Source: Methylorubrum extorquens
Lineage (GTDB): Bacteria > Pseudomonadota > Alphaproteobacteria > Rhizobiales > Beijerinckiaceae
Length of the DNA: 32,000 bases
Reading direction: 5' to 3'
Assembly: GCA_900234795.1 (NCBI GenBank)
Contig: LT962688.1
Span: 4,260,001 to 4,292,000, forward strand
The translations under genes and the position numbers were made by a program. The notes under the pieces are model-generated. The model was not told the origin of the DNA. It was given only the letters and a program-made list of their open reading frames with translations, and made no database searches. Positions 31,297 to 32,000 of the stretch are shown in pieces (the stretch's first letter is position 1; each line of letters opens with the position of its first letter).

Positions 31297-32000
31297 TTGT
31301 TCGGAGTTCCGCTGACCTTCGCCGCCCCCCTCGCGCTGGCCGCCCTCGTCGCGCTGCCGGCCCTGTGGATCCTGCTGCGGGTCACGCCGCCGCGCCCGCA
31401 GCGCATCCATTTCCCGCCGCTGGCGCTGATGGCCGACCTGCTGCCGAAGCGCGAGACGCCGGCCCGCACGCCGCCCTGGCTCCTGGCCTTACGGATTCTC
31501 GCCGCCGCCTGTCTCATCCTCGCGGTGGCCGGACCGGTGTGGAATCCCGGCGGCATCGGCGCCGCATCGGGGCGCAACCCGCTGCTCCTCATCCTCGACA
31601 ACGGTGTCGTCGCTGCCCACGACTGGCGCGACCGCCTACGCGCGGCGACCGACGAGATCGAGGCCGCCGCTCGTGACGGTCGCCCGGTGGCGCTGGTCGC
31701 CAGCGCCGAGCCCCCCGCGCCGTTCGAGGCGAAGGCCCCGGCCGCCGCGCTGGAGCGCCTGCGCGCGATCAAGCCGCGCCCGCATCTTGGTGACCGCGGG
31801 GCGCATTTGGCCTCGATCGGCACCTTCCTGGAACGGATGCCCGGCGCCTCGATCGTCTGGATCAGCGATGGCGTGCGCGGCGTGGGCGAGGCCGATTTCG
31901 CCACGTCCCTCGGCGAGATGGCGGCGCGTCACGGCAGCGCGGTGACCGTGCTGAAGGCCGAGCGATCCCCGGCGCTGGCGCTCGAAGGCTCCCCCGTGCA
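31297..32000 (+). CDS. BatA_N / N-terminal double-transmembrane domain protein (DUF4159-type large membrane protein), 3' end beyond window
   Basis: Not in the ORF track because no stop is reached. My translation from TTG 31297 is open to nt 32000: MFGVPLTFAAPLALAALVALPALWILLRVTPPRPQRIHFPPLALMADLL...WLLALRILAAACLILAVAGPVWNP. This is the typical aerotolerance-regulator N-terminal double-TM motif. It starts 13 nt after the DUF58 stop. Confidence 0.75.
   Translation, partial: MFGVPLTFAAPLALAALVALPALWILLRVTPPRPQRIHFPPLALMADLLPKRETPARTPPWLLALRILAAACLILAVAGPVWNPGGIGAASGRNPLLLILDNGVVAAHDWRDRLRAATDEIEAAARDGRPVALVASAEPPAPFEAKAPAAALERLRAIKPRPHLGDRGAHLASIGTFLERMPGASIVWISDGVRGVGEADFATSLGEMAARHGSAVTVLKAERSPALALEGSPV

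Overview
This is a very GC-rich chromosomal segment (by eye about two-thirds to 70% G+C, not computed). The proteins look alphaproteobacterial, Hyphomicrobiales and Methylobacterium-like; the taxon is inference only. It is a densely packed housekeeping region, not an obvious accessory island. In order it contains: the 3' part of a CDF metal exporter; aroE-coaE-dnaQ; an RHH (CopG-like) regulator; a PHB-depolymerase-family esterase; a translationally coupled 4'-phosphopantetheinyl transferase/Nudix pair; a class C beta-lactamase gene broken by two homopolymer frameshifts; a GNAT; secA; a periplasmic parvulin PPIase; a small orphan membrane protein; chrA with a rhodanese-ChrB fusion; ung; a Tat-exported 5'-nucleotidase; a SAM methyltransferase; hemH; the F1 ATP synthase operon atpH-A-G-D-(small 2-TM ORF)-C; a minus-strand operon of PaaI thioesterase, DUF1285, CoA pyrophosphatase, a small membrane protein and the CCA-adding enzyme; and the start of a MoxR-DUF58-BatA_N cluster that runs off the window. 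I saw no tRNA/rRNA, CRISPR array, transposase/integrase or recognisable defence genes, and no convincing novel multi-gene system. The items most worth a second look are: (1) the unrecognised 83-codon two-TM ORF inside the F1 operon; (2) the overlap-coupled CoA-turnover-like operon around DUF1285; (3) a 30-bp perfect, relatively AT-rich palindrome at 12556-12585; (4) the ampC-like gene with intact catalytic motifs but two +1 shifts in G5/C4 runs; (5) three short exact direct duplications that each straddle a stop codon. Many very long ORFs in the six-frame track are stop-free antisense or alternate frames typical of high-GC DNA and were rejected.
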